DNA of 64,000 bases, from assembly GCA_013329045.1 (NCBI GenBank), contig DUKZ01000015.1, forward strand, positions 159 to 64,158. Direction: 5' to 3'. The stretch's first letter is position 1. Every line of letters begins with the position of its first letter. The DNA is from Candidatus Woesearchaeota archaeon. GTDB taxonomy: Archaea; Nanobdellota; Nanobdellia; Woesearchaeales; UBA9989. The position numbers were made by a program, and so were the translations under genes. This document shows, in pieces, positions 27,193-37,987 of this stretch. A model generated the notes under the pieces. It did not search any database. It worked only from the letters and a program-made list of their open reading frames with translations, and was not told the DNA's origin.

Positions 27193-28302
27193 TCAAAACG
27201 AATTCAACACTTCCACAATCTTATTGCTGGTGATTTTCCAGGAATAATTGTCCTCTATTGTTTTCCTGGCGTTCTTTCCCATCATTTCGGCAAGGCGGTC
27301 ATTCTCCAGAACCCGTTCAATGTTTTTTGCAAGCTCAAAGGAATCGCCCGGCTGGAACAAGAACCCATTATAACCATCCTTGATATAGCTCTTCACATAC
27401 CCAACAGGCGTGCAGACAACCGGGACGGCGCAGGACATTGCCTCCATCGTCGTCAAGGAGGTGGTCTCTGTCAAGGAAGAGAGAACGTAGACATCCATTG
27501 CCTGGTACCAGGGAACAACATCATCCCTTGGACCTGCAAGAAGAATGCTTTTCTTGTCCCCTAGCACCGCTTCATATTCGGGAAGAGACTTGCCGACAAA
27601 CACCAGATAGTAATCAGGATGCTGCTTCCTGAGCATAGAGAACGCATGATAGAGAGTCATGGGGTTCTTTTCCCGCGCAACCCTTCCAACATACCCAATC
27701 ACTCTTTTTCCAGGAAGAATACCAAGACGCTTTTTTGCCCGGTCTTTGTCCCCTGGCACGAACGTTTCCGTGTTGACCCCCAGATGGACAATAGACCTAT
27801 CTGTCCTGATTCCTGCGCGCAAGATAGTCTCACTTACATCAAAGGATGGGACAAAGAGATGGGTGCACCTGTTATAGCAGAACCTGGCAAAACGCTTGAC
27901 ATTATTATACAACAGCCTCCGATAAATCCCTTTAGAGAGGGAGTTGACCACAAGATCCCATTCGATACAGTGGATAAATGCACAGCGCGGCTTTTTCATC
28001 TTCCAAGCATAATACAGCGCTGCTGCGCCAAGCGGCCCGATATCCTGGATGAATACAATATCGGCCTCCTTGACATATTTCTTCACTAGCTTAAGATTTG
28101 GTTTTGTCGGTGTATAATCACCTGCCTGAAAATGATAGAGCGGGAATCTCACAATATCCACACGATCTTCCTGTGCAAATTCCGGCGCTAAGATCGTGAC
28201 CTTAAAATGCTTTGAGAGGGAGGGGACAAGCTCAGAGAGAAACCTGGAAATCCCATCCCATCTTGGCAGATATGTCCCAGTCGCGATGAGGAGCTTCTTC
28301 AT
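27193..28302 (-). CDS. glycosyltransferase family 4 (GT1 fold)
   Basis: GYVGRVAREKN...VFVGKS...DVYVLSSLTETTSLTTMEAMSCAVPVV, the EX7E-type GT4 C-terminal domain. Confidence 0.8.
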   Translation of the reverse strand: MKKLLIATGTYLPRWDGISRFLSELVPSLSKHFKVTILAPEFAQEDRVDIVRFPLYHFQAGDYTPTKPNLKLVKKYVKEADIVFIQDIGPLGAAALYYAWKMKKPRCAFIHCIEWDLVVNSLSKGIYRRLLYNNVKRFARFCYNRCTHLFVPSFDVSETILRAGIRTDRSIVHLGVNTETFVPGDKDRAKKRLGILPGKRVIGYVGRVAREKNPMTLYHAFSMLRKQHPDYYLVFVGKSLPEYEAVLGDKKSILLAGPRDDVVPWYQAMDVYVLSSLTETTSLTTMEAMSCAVPVVCTPVGYVKSYIKDGYNGFLFQPGDSFELAKNIERVLENDRLAEMMGKNARKTIEDNYSWKITSNKIVEVLNSF

Positions 28303-28943
28303 CTGATCTTGTAAAATTCCTCCGCATATCTGCAGTGGTTATTGAACCCTATCAGGATTGCCCTTAAGTACACATTCCACAGCAAGGTAAAAAGAGTCAT
28401 CTTTTGAGACCTGTGCACCTTGAATGATTTTATCTTGGTCTGGAACGTCTCTGTAATATCCACAACCATCTTTGGCACATTCCTCTTCCTGATGTTAATA
28501 GGATTCCATACATTAAATGAATACACATCACCCCTGTAATGGGACTTTTTGGTGAGATCCTGGACAAATTTATAGACTGCCTGGTGGTCTGGATGGGGAT
28601 CATCGATGGAATGGGTAAATATCTTCCCTGGCTTTTTTTCCTTTAACTCCTGGAGAAGGAACTTGTCCACCTGCTTTTCCTTGATCTCATCCAAAAATTT
28701 TCCTTCCTTTAGACCAAAATGCTGGATCAAAGAGCCCCCAAGGATGGCATTTGACTCGAATGATTCTTTTGCCCGCATCTCTGCTGTGATCTCTGCCTTG
28801 AAATGCATATGGGAAGCCTCACCAAAAGACATGACATACGTCTCTACCTGCTTTCCCTCCTTTGCGTATTTTGCAAGGGTACCGCCAGCTCCAATGATCT
28901 GGTCATCATTATGGGCGCATATCACCCAGACAATGCTGCTCAT
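28299..28943 (-). CDS. PIG-L / LmbE family N-acetylglucosaminyl deacetylase
   Basis: ICAHNDDQIIGAGGT (HxDD zinc motif) and DPHPDHQAV. Overlaps the downstream GT4 gene by 4 nt. Confidence 0.75.
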   Translation of the reverse strand: MSSIVWVICAHNDDQIIGAGGTLAKYAKEGKQVETYVMSFGEASHMHFKAEITAEMRAKESFESNAILGGSLIQHFGLKEGKFLDEIKEKQVDKFLLQELKEKKPGKIFTHSIDDPHPDHQAVYKFVQDLTKKSHYRGDVYSFNVWNPINIRKRNVPKMVVDITETFQTKIKSFKVHRSQKMTLFTLLWNVYLRAILIGFNNHCRYAEEFYKIR

Positions 28944-29219
28944 GAGAGGCGAGTTGGGGGAGAAGCTATTTAAGGGTTTTCATAAAATGGAAAGCAGATG
29001 AATCTGGGCAATGTTGATTTTCTGATCACCAGGAAGAAGCAAAGAAGAGAATGAATCATAGGGAAAAAATTCTTTCTCTCACCAGCATTTTCCCTGCCTG
29101 TCAAATGCGGCTCATCATCGACAGGACTTTTTTCCCTGCCTTGCACGCAAGATAGCATCATTCCAGGAGATAAAAGCTTTTTAATGGGCCTATATTTTTA
29201 TCATTTGGAGGGGAAAACA

Positions 29220-30524
29220 ATGACATTTGAATGGATAGATCAGGCATTGTCCGAAATTGGGGAGTGGACAAAAGACCCGCGAGAGACGATCGCTGGAGGG
29301 GGAAATGTCTCATTTTTTGAAGGTGATAAGATGCTCATCTCTGCTAGCGGCAGGCCGCTTGCTGGTATCACAAGAGACCGGCTGGTAGGAACGAGTGTCA
29401 GCGCAGGCCTTGATGCAATAGCAGAGTGCTACCCAAATGACCCTGTCCTTCGTGAAAATATGTTCGATGCTACACGACCAAGGATGGTTGTTGGAGGGGA
29501 TGGAATAGTAAAACCATCGATTGAACATCCAGTGCACGCAGTCCTGGCACATGAGATGATGGTTGGAGGATACAATCGGGGCATGGTGTATCACCCCCAT
29601 GCAACACCACTCACAGCGCTTTGTGCATCAGCAAAAAATCATGAATATATGAAAGTCATCCTTGGAGAGGGTGCTCTCTGGATGGATTTTGATATCCCGG
29701 GAATCATGCTCGGCAGACATGCGCAAGAATTATTCAGGAACCAGAGAGGACCGATGATCACCTTGATGCAACAAAATCATGGAGCTTTCTTTGCTGCACC
29801 AGATTTTAGCATCATAAAAAGCCAACGAGCCATGGTCCTTGGCAAAGTTGAAGAGTATCTTGATCAGGTTGTTGATCCATGGGTGAGGGCAGAACCCCTC
29901 GCACCAGGCATTCTTGATGCGCCCATATTGAGGACTGCTGCAGATGGGATATACCAGGCAGTCTTTGGGGATGAAGGTGGTTCATTCTCTACAAAAACTC
30001 TTATCGATGGCTCATCTGTCCTTGCCCTTCGGGGAGAACGGGGCGTTGTATACATCTCAAAAAATGAATTGACAACCAATTATTCGGCATCTGAACATGC
30101 ACAGGAGATCGAAGGCACACTCTTTTGGCTCAGCCCAGACCATATCGTCTCAGGAGGGCTGTTTGAGAGCTATGTATATCTTCCCCGAGATGAACGGGGT
30201 GCTCCATTGTGCAGCATGGAGGTCCAAAGTCTCACAGATCATATCAGAGAGCATGCACAAACAGAAAAGTTTGGCACAAGACCAATCACCTATGTTATCG
30301 AGGGAATTGGAATTGCAACAGTTGGCGGCCATTACCAAGGAGATCCTACTGTTCGGGCAACAAATGCCATGCTCGTTACCCATGATGCATTATTGTGCGA
30401 AGCGTACGGAACCGCATTTGGAGGCCTTCGAAGGTTCTCACTTGCCCAGGCAGAATTCATCGGCAACAAGTGGGTCGTCGAACAGGAACGGAAAAGAATC
30501 ATGGGTGTTGCAAGCACGAAATAA
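29220..30524 (+). CDS. class II aldolase/adducin-family protein with a C-terminal extension
   Basis: GGGNVSFFEGDKMLISASG matches the class II aldolase N-terminal motif, and HAVLAHEMM is a His-rich metal site. The start is at the internal ATG, preceded by GGAGGGG. Confidence 0.55.
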   Translation: MTFEWIDQALSEIGEWTKDPRETIAGGGNVSFFEGDKMLISASGRPLAGITRDRLVGTSVSAGLDAIAECYPNDPVLRENMFDATRPRMVVGGDGIVKPSIEHPVHAVLAHEMMVGGYNRGMVYHPHATPLTALCASAKNHEYMKVILGEGALWMDFDIPGIMLGRHAQELFRNQRGPMITLMQQNHGAFFAAPDFSIIKSQRAMVLGKVEEYLDQVVDPWVRAEPLAPGILDAPILRTAADGIYQAVFGDEGGSFSTKTLIDGSSVLALRGERGVVYISKNELTTNYSASEHAQEIEGTLFWLSPDHIVSGGLFESYVYLPRDERGAPLCSMEVQSLTDHIREHAQTEKFGTRPITYVIEGIGIATVGGHYQGDPTVRATNAMLVTHDALLCEAYGTAFGGLRRFSLAQAEFIGNKWVVEQERKRIMGVASTK

Positions 30525-30611
30525 ACCAAGTGCAACCTCTCATTTATATTTCAGGGTAGATCTTAGTAGGGGATTATAGATCACCTGCAATCCTGACTTA
30601 ACAAGAGAAAT

Positions 30612-31241
30612 CTAGTAGTGGGCTGCAGGGCCGACCATTTCTCCATCAACCCTCGCCTGTACCGGCAACTGTGTATCCAAGGAAACTGTCTCGTAGACAG
30701 GAAGCCAGGTTTGCCCAAATCCGTCAAGATGAACCCCTACTCGTGCAAGAAAGAGATGGAGTGGTGTTGCTAGCTTTGATGAATGAACACAGAGCTGCAT
30801 CCTGCCATCATTAAGATATGCTCTTGTATCGAACGGGATGATGCCAATCCTTGGCCCGTTTGAGACAGCAATATTGAAATAGTGAGTGATCCTGGAGTAT
30901 CCAGGTAATCTGATAGCTAAAGAATCAACTGGACACTCTTTTGCCAATCGCAATAAACCCTGAGGGCCTATCCCTTCTAACCCTCCAGCCTCGCCGATTA
31001 GTGTGTCCAGTCCAGCACCAAAATTATTGAGAAAATAGACAACATGATCATTGACTTCAACTGCCCCTATGTCAACAGCAAGCTTTGGAACAACGCTCCA
31101 AGACCCAACATGGAATAACGTATCGATATCCTTTACCGAGCGTATTCCAAGAGCCTGCGCGAATTGTGCCCCATGCCTTCCTGGTTCATCCGGCAGGAGC
31201 GGGACTGGGATGAAGATTGCTTTGCTTCCAGAATCCATCAT
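30612..31241 (-). CDS. hypothetical protein (downstream part of a gene interrupted by an in-frame TGA)
   Basis: 209-aa ORF in the same frame as 31245-31481. The two are separated only by a TGA and one Gly codon. Confidence 0.4.
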   Translation of the reverse strand: MMDSGSKAIFIPVPLLPDEPGRHGAQFAQALGIRSVKDIDTLFHVGSWSVVPKLAVDIGAVEVNDHVVYFLNNFGAGLDTLIGEAGGLEGIGPQGLLRLAKECPVDSLAIRLPGYSRITHYFNIAVSNGPRIGIIPFDTRAYLNDGRMQLCVHSSKLATPLHLFLARVGVHLDGFGQTWLPVYETVSLDTQLPVQARVDGEMVGPAAHY

Positions 31242-31244
31242 GCC

Positions 31245-31481
31245 TCACACTACGGCAGCAAACGTCCTTGACATGCCAAATGCAATGACTATATCAGGAT
31301 CATTTTCCTGGGGAAGAGGAAAAGAACGATATTCATCAGAAGGATTATCATAGCACATAATAGTCTTCTGAACAATATAGCCACGAAACCACGACTTTAC
31401 CTGCCTGTGGACTTCTCTCTCGTCGATCGGTGCTAACGTATCGAATACTGCCAAAATTCTTTCTAGTTTACCAAGAGCCAT
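31245..31481 (-). CDS. hypothetical protein (upstream part; ends at an in-frame TGA)
   Basis: The start is taken at the internal Met MALGKLERI. The 21 codons upstream in the listed ORF are the reverse complement of tRNA-Gly exon 2 and its intron. Confidence 0.35.
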   Translation of the reverse strand: MALGKLERILAVFDTLAPIDEREVHRQVKSWFRGYIVQKTIMCYDNPSDEYRSFPLPQENDPDIVIAFGMSRTFAAVV

Positions 31482-31493
31482 TTTGAAAAAAAT

Positions 31494-31616
31494 GCGCCGG
31501 CCGGGACTTTCATGCTGATGCGTCAGGCATTCCTTCCTCATCAACTATTTGAACCCGGATAAACGGCTTGGAAGGCCGTTGTCATAGCCATTAGACCACC
31601 GGCGCATTATGAGAGA
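31494..31616 (-). tRNA. tRNA-Gly (UCC) with a non-canonical ~41-nt intron in the T-loop (position 59/60 or 60/61)
   Basis: Exon 1 runs from 31616 down to 31548: acceptor GCGCCGG, D-arm GTC...GAC, anticodon arm ACGGC CTTCCAA GCCGT (anticodon TCC), T stem CCGGG and loop TTCAAAT. A 41-nt insert (31507-31547) follows. Exon 2 is CCCGG CCGGCGC A, completing the T stem and a perfect 7-bp acceptor, followed by T7. A TTTAAA TATA box lies about 28 nt upstream. Confidence 0.65.
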
Positions 31617-31797
31617 GAAACAGGAGATTGTTTAAAAAGGTTGTTGAAAAAGGTTGTTGATTGTGAATAACCCCTTATGATTTTTATTAAACCATGACAG
31701 CAATAATACTCCCGGCAAAAAACCGCCTTACTGCGTTTGGCTTGGCCTAGATACTAGGCCATTTGCGCCAGTATCATTGCCGTGTGAATATTTTAGG

Positions 31798-32823
31798 CTA
31801 CAGCTTTTCCTTCATCCTTTCAAGAAACCGGGAAAAATCATCTTCCTTGACACATGCGCCAGCAGCGTATTCATGCCCACCGCCATATCCTGTCAGACCA
31901 ACGAGGGCAAAGTCAATGATCTTTGGGAGATCATGGTGGCGGCTCCGAAGGCTCATCTTGACCTCCCCCTTATCAACCCGTCCAACAACAATCACCTTGT
32001 CAGGATAGAGATGGGACAGCTCATTTGCAATGTCTTTTGAGAGGCTGTACTTCGGGTTTGCATAAGAATACAAGACGAGTTTTCCTGTGGCATCGACTGC
32101 CTTTGCCTGCTGGAGCAAGGAAGTAAATTCCTTATTGATCTCGTCGTATTTCTTGAGGATAAACTTTGCCCTTGGCGTCTCTTTGTTCAACAGTTCCCTT
32201 GGCCCCTCAATCCTGCCCATGGCAATTGCATATTTCATCGCATCATTTGACTTTCCCATCAACATGAATGAAAATATCCTGACGAGCGTCTTCATCTCTG
32301 TCTCGAAGAGGACCGTCTCTGGATCGGTCATTCCTGGGGGAAGAATGTCGGGGTATAGTTTTGAGAATTCCTCAGCAAAATCCGGATAATACCAATCCCC
32401 AAAAGAACCGATGACGGCCAGCCATAAGTCCTGCCTGAGCACATGATAGCATAAAGCAGTGACGGGAATGCTCTCATTCCCGTTGTTTCTTGGGTTGAAG
32501 TACAACGCTTTTCCAGGATCAAATGGCCCATGGTGATCAATCCAGATGATTGGCACCTTGACCTTCTCCATGAATTCCTCATGAATATTTGCCAAGTCGA
32601 GCACGAAAATCTTATCTGGATTATATTCTTCGACTCTTCTCAAAAAACGCTTATCAACTGTCGGGTACGATTTCACGCTCACCCCATGGCCTTCCTTTTT
32701 GTACTTATAGAACTGAAGATACGAACACACACCATCCGGATCATCATGAAAAAAGAAGAGGGGATTATTGCAATTGTCCAATTCTTCCTTTATCTTCCTT
32801 AATTGCTCATTTGTCAGGCCCAT
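31798..32823 (-). CDS. DHH/DHHA1 phosphoesterase (NrnA-like nanoRNase / RecJ-like)
   Basis: Motif I FFHDDPDGVCS, motif III IWIDHHGP (DHH), and DHHA1 GGGHEYAAG. Confidence 0.8.
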   Translation of the reverse strand: MGLTNEQLRKIKEELDNCNNPLFFFHDDPDGVCSYLQFYKYKKEGHGVSVKSYPTVDKRFLRRVEEYNPDKIFVLDLANIHEEFMEKVKVPIIWIDHHGPFDPGKALYFNPRNNGNESIPVTALCYHVLRQDLWLAVIGSFGDWYYPDFAEEFSKLYPDILPPGMTDPETVLFETEMKTLVRIFSFMLMGKSNDAMKYAIAMGRIEGPRELLNKETPRAKFILKKYDEINKEFTSLLQQAKAVDATGKLVLYSYANPKYSLSKDIANELSHLYPDKVIVVGRVDKGEVKMSLRSRHHDLPKIIDFALVGLTGYGGGHEYAAGACVKEDDFSRFLERMKEKL

Positions 32824-32855
32824 AGAGAATGAAAGAACAGTTTTCTTAAAAATGT

Positions 32856-33479
32856 TTAGTTTTCCCCCGCCTTCTTCTTTATCCTTTTCATCCTGAACGT
32901 GTTTTCTCTTTCCATCTCCTCCAGGCGAAAACGGATATACGACTGGACTTTTTTGAAACGGGGGATCACCTCAAATTCCAATGCGTTCACGCGGCGCTTT
33001 GTCTTTTCAATCTCCCGAAGCAGCTTTTTCATCGTTGTCTCAGACTCAGCTGCCCTGATAATCTTCTGCACGACAATCTCATATGCTTTTGCAGCCTCGT
33101 CAATCATCACTGAAGCGGTGAGAAAACCATACCCCCTCTGGTAGAACTTCTTCTCGACCTGCTCACCAGAGATAATGGGGACGAGAACACCCATGATATT
33201 CTTGCTTGACATCTCAACTGTCGGCTGATGAGAAGCAGTAAAAGAGATGCTCCTCACGACCGCATCTGTCTCCTGCGCCCTTGTTATGTTGATCTTCATC
33301 AACGCATCCTTGTAGGCATCAACGAGCTCTTTCCTGACAGACTTTGCCTCCTTTAGTATCTCAAAGAACTCGAGGATGAGCCCATCTCGCTTCTTCTTGA
33401 GCAGCTTATGGCCGGAGACTGCCATCTTAATCTGGCGCTTCACCTTCATCAATTCAGACCTTGTTGGCTTGACATTCAT
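32856..33479 (-). CDS. atpD: A/V-type ATP synthase subunit D
   Basis: [20 protein letters not shown]...[10 protein letters not shown], typical of AtpD. Last gene of the operon. Confidence 0.9.
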   Translation of the reverse strand: MNVKPTRSELMKVKRQIKMAVSGHKLLKKKRDGLILEFFEILKEAKSVRKELVDAYKDALMKINITRAQETDAVVRSISFTASHQPTVEMSSKNIMGVLVPIISGEQVEKKFYQRGYGFLTASVMIDEAAKAYEIVVQKIIRAAESETTMKKLLREIEKTKRRVNALEFEVIPRFKKVQSYIRFRLEEMERENTFRMKRIKKKAGEN

Positions 33480-34921
33480 TTTTTCTTTCCTTTTATCTCC
33501 GCAGAGAGGCGTTCGACATTTTCCTTTGCCTTCTGTTCCCTGCCAAGGGATTCTACCGCCTTTTGCAGATACTTTTCCTTTATTGCCGGAGCGATCCTTC
33601 CAAGGTCTCGATCCTCAAGGGAAGTGAACATCTTCCAGGCGATTTCCAGTGTGTCCAGGATGCTTCGATCCTCCTTTTTTCCCTGGCGCACAAATGTTTT
33701 TTCGAACGATTCTGCAAACTTGAGAATCTTCTTGTCTCTCTCAGACAATGCTTCTTCGCCAACAACGGCCACAAGACCCCTCAGGTCCCTGCCTTCCGCA
33801 TACCCCGCATACAGCTGATCTGATACCTGCTTATGGTCATCCCTTGTCTTTTCTGCACCGATGCCAAGGTTCATGAGCCTTGACAAGGAGGGGAGGACAT
33901 CGATTGGCGGATAAATGCCTTTCATGTGCAGTTCCCTTGAGAGAACAATTTGCCCCTCAGTGATATAGCCAGAGAGGTCAGGAATTGGGTGGGTGATGTC
34001 ATCACCGATCATTGTCAATACAGGAATTTGTGTTATGGAGCCTTTCTTTCCCTTAATCATACCAGCGCGCTCATAGATCTGTGCTAAGTCTGTGTACATG
34101 TACCCAGGATACCCTCTTCTTCCGGGCACTTCTTCCCTTGCCGCGCCAATCTCCCGGAGGGACTCGCAATAGTTTGTCATGTCCGTCAAGATGACAAGAA
34201 CGTGCATGTCCTTTTCAAACGCCAAAAACTCTGCTGCTGTCAGGGCCATCCTTGGAGTCACAAGCCTCTCTACTGCCGGATCGTCTGCAAGGTTGAGGAA
34301 CACGATGGACCTTTGGAGAGCGCCTGTCTGCTCAAAGTCCCTCATGAAGTACTGGGCTTCTTCATTCGTGATACCCATTGCTGCGAAAATCACGACAAAT
34401 TTTTCCTTCTGGCCAATCACTTTTGCCTGCCTTGCGATCTGGAGGGCAATCTCATTGTGAGGGAGGCCTGAGCCTGAGAAGATGGGGAGCTTTTGGCCCC
34501 TCACCAGCGTATTTGTCGCATCAATTGTGGATATCCCTGTCTGGATAAAATTTGCCGGCTGGCCCCTTGAATAGGGATTGATGGCAGCGCCGATGATATC
34601 GATCTTCTTTTCAGGGATAATCTCTGGACCCTGGTCAATTGGCGCTCCTGCACCATTAAAGATCCTTCCCAGCATCTCTTCAGATACGCCAATCTTGATG
34701 TTTTCGCCAAGAAACTTGACCCTGGATGCGCGATCAATACCAGTTGTTCCCTCAAATACCTGGACAACAACAATCTCTTCTGCAGTATCCAGCACTTGAC
34801 CGTTCTTCTCCTGGCCATCCGGCAAAAGTATCTTGACGAGCTCGCCATACCCGACCGGTTCTGTCTTCTGGACAAATACCAATGGACCTGCAATCCGCGA
34901 AATAGTCTTGTATTCTCTCAT
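33476..34921 (-). CDS. atpB: A/V-type ATP synthase subunit B
   Basis: Non-catalytic B subunit, 481 aa: [17 protein letters not shown]... Confidence 0.92.
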   Translation of the reverse strand: MREYKTISRIAGPLVFVQKTEPVGYGELVKILLPDGQEKNGQVLDTAEEIVVVQVFEGTTGIDRASRVKFLGENIKIGVSEEMLGRIFNGAGAPIDQGPEIIPEKKIDIIGAAINPYSRGQPANFIQTGISTIDATNTLVRGQKLPIFSGSGLPHNEIALQIARQAKVIGQKEKFVVIFAAMGITNEEAQYFMRDFEQTGALQRSIVFLNLADDPAVERLVTPRMALTAAEFLAFEKDMHVLVILTDMTNYCESLREIGAAREEVPGRRGYPGYMYTDLAQIYERAGMIKGKKGSITQIPVLTMIGDDITHPIPDLSGYITEGQIVLSRELHMKGIYPPIDVLPSLSRLMNLGIGAEKTRDDHKQVSDQLYAGYAEGRDLRGLVAVVGEEALSERDKKILKFAESFEKTFVRQGKKEDRSILDTLEIAWKMFTSLEDRDLGRIAPAIKEKYLQKAVESLGREQKAKENVERLSAEIKGKKK

Positions 34922-34922
34922 C

Positions 34923-36665
34923 TTATTTACCCGCCTTCAATTTTGCAAATTCCTGATCGATCTCCTTTGTGATCTCGCCTAGGATTTTTTTATGGTCCTT
35001 GTCAAACCTCACTTCGCCAATTTTGTTTTTTGCCTGCACATTGATGATGTCATGCACACGGATCCCAGCTTCCAAGGCCTGCGTTGCCATATTCCGGTAA
35101 TGGCTGATCGTCTTCATCAACAAGTAGGATTTTTCCAATTCACAAAAAGAATCGACTTCATGGAACGCATTTTGCTGGAGAACAAATTCCCTCATCAACC
35201 GGGCAACTTCCAGTGTGAGCTGCTCCCTTTCAGGAAGAGCATCCGAGCCGACGAGCTGCACAATCTCCATGAGCTTATCCTCCTCCTGAAGAACAGCTGC
35301 CATCATGCTCACCAACTCCTGCCAGTCTGCTGCAACATTCTTTGCAAACCAGGGCTCCAGCGTATCATGATAGAGGCTGTATGAGGTGAGCCAATTGATC
35401 GAAGGAAAGTGCCTTCGCTGCGCGAGCTTTGCGTCAAGGGCCCAGAATGTCTTTGTGACTCTCAACGTGGATTGTGTGACTGGCTCTGAGAAATCACCCC
35501 CTGGAGGAGAGACAGCACCAATTATTGAGACAGAGCCTTCCTTTTCGATGCCAAGAGGAATGACTTTTCCTGCCCGCTCGTAGAACTCTGCCAGCCTTGT
35601 CGAGAGATAAGCAGGGTATCCTTCTTCTCCTGGCATTTCCTCTAGACGCGAGGAAATCTCCCTCATCGCCTCCGCCCATCGGGAGGTAGAATCCGCCATC
35701 AGTGCAACATCATAGCCCATGTCACGATAATATTCCGCGATGGTAACACCAGTATAGATAGACGCTTCCCTTGCTGCAACCGGCATATTAGAGGTATTGG
35801 CGATGAGGACCGTCCTGTTCATCAGGGGCCTACCCGTCTTTGGATCCTGCAGATGCGGAAATTCGTTGAGAACCTCGGTCATCTCATTTCCACGCTCACC
35901 ACAACCAATATACACGATGATATCAGCATCGCACCATTTGGCAAGCTGCTGCTGGGATACTGTCTTTCCTGCACCAAACGGCCCGGGAATAGCAGCAGTG
36001 CCACCTTTTGCCAAAGGAAAGAGCACATCAAAAATCCTTTGGCCAGTAATGAGAGGAACGAGGGGAGCTAATTTCCTTGTCACTGGCCTGGGCTTTCTTA
36101 CGGGCCACTTCTGCATGAGCTTGATTTCTCTATCCCCAACTTTACAGATGATATCATCGACTGTGAAACTCCCATCCTTGAGGCCATCAATCTTCCCTTC
36201 AACACCTGGAGGCACCATAATAAGATGTTTTATGCCCTCTGTCTCTTCCACGTCTCCTAGCACTGCGCCGGGCTTGACCATGGCACCAGATTTCAACTGG
36301 GACTTGAATGCCCATTTCTTCTTGTGATCCAGTCCAGGAGCATCGACACCCCTGAGGATAAAATCGCCCATCTGCTTTTGGAGAATTGGCAGTGGACGCT
36401 GGATACCATCATAGATTGAAGTGAGCATACCCGGCCCCAGCTCTACGCTGAGCGATTCCCCAGTGTTTTCCACCGGCTCGCCAGGTCTGAGACCCGATGT
36501 GTCCTCATACACCTGGATGATCGTCTTTTCCCCATCAATCTGGATGACCTCACCCATGAGCTTCTCTTTTCCAACCCTCACCACATCATACATCCTTGCA
36601 TGGATATTCTTTGCGGTAACAACGGGCCCTGCAATTCTCACCAGCATTCCTAATTCTTTTCCCAT
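34923..36665 (-). CDS. atpA: A/V-type ATP synthase catalytic subunit A
   Basis: P-loop GPFGAGKTV, 580 aa. Confidence 0.95.
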   Translation of the reverse strand: MGKELGMLVRIAGPVVTAKNIHARMYDVVRVGKEKLMGEVIQIDGEKTIIQVYEDTSGLRPGEPVENTGESLSVELGPGMLTSIYDGIQRPLPILQKQMGDFILRGVDAPGLDHKKKWAFKSQLKSGAMVKPGAVLGDVEETEGIKHLIMVPPGVEGKIDGLKDGSFTVDDIICKVGDREIKLMQKWPVRKPRPVTRKLAPLVPLITGQRIFDVLFPLAKGGTAAIPGPFGAGKTVSQQQLAKWCDADIIVYIGCGERGNEMTEVLNEFPHLQDPKTGRPLMNRTVLIANTSNMPVAAREASIYTGVTIAEYYRDMGYDVALMADSTSRWAEAMREISSRLEEMPGEEGYPAYLSTRLAEFYERAGKVIPLGIEKEGSVSIIGAVSPPGGDFSEPVTQSTLRVTKTFWALDAKLAQRRHFPSINWLTSYSLYHDTLEPWFAKNVAADWQELVSMMAAVLQEEDKLMEIVQLVGSDALPEREQLTLEVARLMREFVLQQNAFHEVDSFCELEKSYLLMKTISHYRNMATQALEAGIRVHDIINVQAKNKIGEVRFDKDHKKILGEITKEIDQEFAKLKAGK

Positions 36666-36946
36666 AAGTCAACACCTATCGATTGTATAATCATCTTGCG
36701 CAGGTTCTCCTGCGAATCTCTCGTCGATAATACCACAATGGTTGGCATCACCATGTTCTCCAACTCAAAACGGCGATACTCCGGGAGCTCCAAAAAAACA
36801 TCCTCATCGAGAATAAGGATTCCCACCTCAGGATCATGTAATATCGAAAAATCTGGCTGGTCTTGAACCTCCTGGACCTTTGTTATGCCGGCCAAGCGAA
36901 AGCCTGTGCAAAACTCTTCCCTTCCAAGCACACAAATCTTCATCAT
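36650..36946 (-). CDS. atpF: A/V-type ATP synthase subunit F
   Basis: 98 aa, [21 protein letters not shown]. Confidence 0.85.
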   Translation of the reverse strand: MMKICVLGREEFCTGFRLAGITKVQEVQDQPDFSILHDPEVGILILDEDVFLELPEYRRFELENMVMPTIVVLSTRDSQENLRKMIIQSIGVDLWEKN

Positions 36947-37968
36947 ATGATCAATTTTTCCTCAACCAATTTTTCATCAAAATGGACAGTCTTTGCCAGT
37001 ATTATCGTCTTTAGATTCCTCACCTCAATCTCTTTTGCAACCATATAGCTTATGATCGTGAGCACTGAGATCGGATTGAGGTGGGAATAGAGCAGCCCCT
37101 TGTTCATCCAATTCTTGTATAAGTCCAGCTCAATATTGATCAGGGAACTCTCTTTTGTGACAATTTTCTTATACGGCGTTTTTTGGATGATCTTGAGATA
37201 CTCATCCGGCCTTGCCCTTGCGCATTGCTCTAAGATATCTGCATCAAGGTACGCTCCGGAGAAGATCAAGTGATCACGGAGAACGAGTCCATGGCCATCA
37301 TTCCCAACACTTGCAAACCTGAGCAGCGTCCTTATATTGATCAAATCAATCTCCAGCTTGAGGAAATTGGCAAATGCGATCCCATCCTCCCCACGAAGGC
37401 GGCTTGCAAACCCCGCAATTTCTGAATAGTACATCTGATCAAGGTGCATCTCTACTGCTGCTATCCCCTCACCTGACCCATTAAGATGGTAGAGATCACA
37501 ATGGGAGATTACTTCCTCAACAGAACCAAGATCAAAAAGAGCATGCCAGTATGCTTCTCCTTTGCATCCTGCCGGAATGATATAGGGGAGGATATCATCC
37601 TTTCCCAACCCCTGATGCTTGCCCCTCAGGACGGTCTTGAAGTTATGTATGTCCCAGCGCTTGAGATAGAGCTCGAGAACAAACCTTATACCCTCCTGAG
37701 AGATGCGAAGAAGTTTCCTATAGGTCGCAGCAAGGTTCTTGTCCAATGCTTTCATGATGAGCTCTTTTCCCCTCGAGCGAAGCATGTCCTTGTCTATGAA
37801 TTCCTTGTATTCCGTCTCTTCCAGGTATTTTATAATGCTTGGCATCTCCATCTTGAGGAGCTTTGCATAGTCATTCCTGTCGAGAAGCTTCTGGCGCATC
37901 ACAGAAACCCTCGCAAAGGTATATGGATAAATGCCAAGCCGGACTTTCTTGCCTCTTGGCTGATTCAC
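36943..37968 (-). CDS. atpC: A/V-type ATP synthase subunit C (start uncertain)
   Basis: Conserved ...YPYTFARVSVMRQKLL N-terminal motif of subunit C. The listed ORF extends to 38085 and overlaps atpE by 98 nt. A GTG at 37968 or a TTG at 37995 is a more plausible start. No ATG precedes the conserved motif. Confidence 0.75.
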   Translation of the reverse strand: MNQPRGKKVRLGIYPYTFARVSVMRQKLLDRNDYAKLLKMEMPSIIKYLEETEYKEFIDKDMLRSRGKELIMKALDKNLAATYRKLLRISQEGIRFVLELYLKRWDIHNFKTVLRGKHQGLGKDDILPYIIPAGCKGEAYWHALFDLGSVEEVISHCDLYHLNGSGEGIAAVEMHLDQMYYSEIAGFASRLRGEDGIAFANFLKLEIDLINIRTLLRFASVGNDGHGLVLRDHLIFSGAYLDADILEQCARARPDEYLKIIQKTPYKKIVTKESSLINIELDLYKNWMNKGLLYSHLNPISVLTIISYMVAKEIEVRNLKTIILAKTVHFDEKLVEEKLII

Positions 37969-37987
37969 TGTCCTTGCGAAGAGGCCA

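Noticed and set aside
31482-31544. First 21 codons of the listed ORF 31245-31544
   Set aside because: They are the reverse complement of tRNA-Gly exon 2 and its T-loop intron. The real start is the next ATG.
35797-36327. 176-aa plus-strand ORF, and others inside atpA and atpB
   Set aside because: Antisense to the ATPase catalytic subunits.
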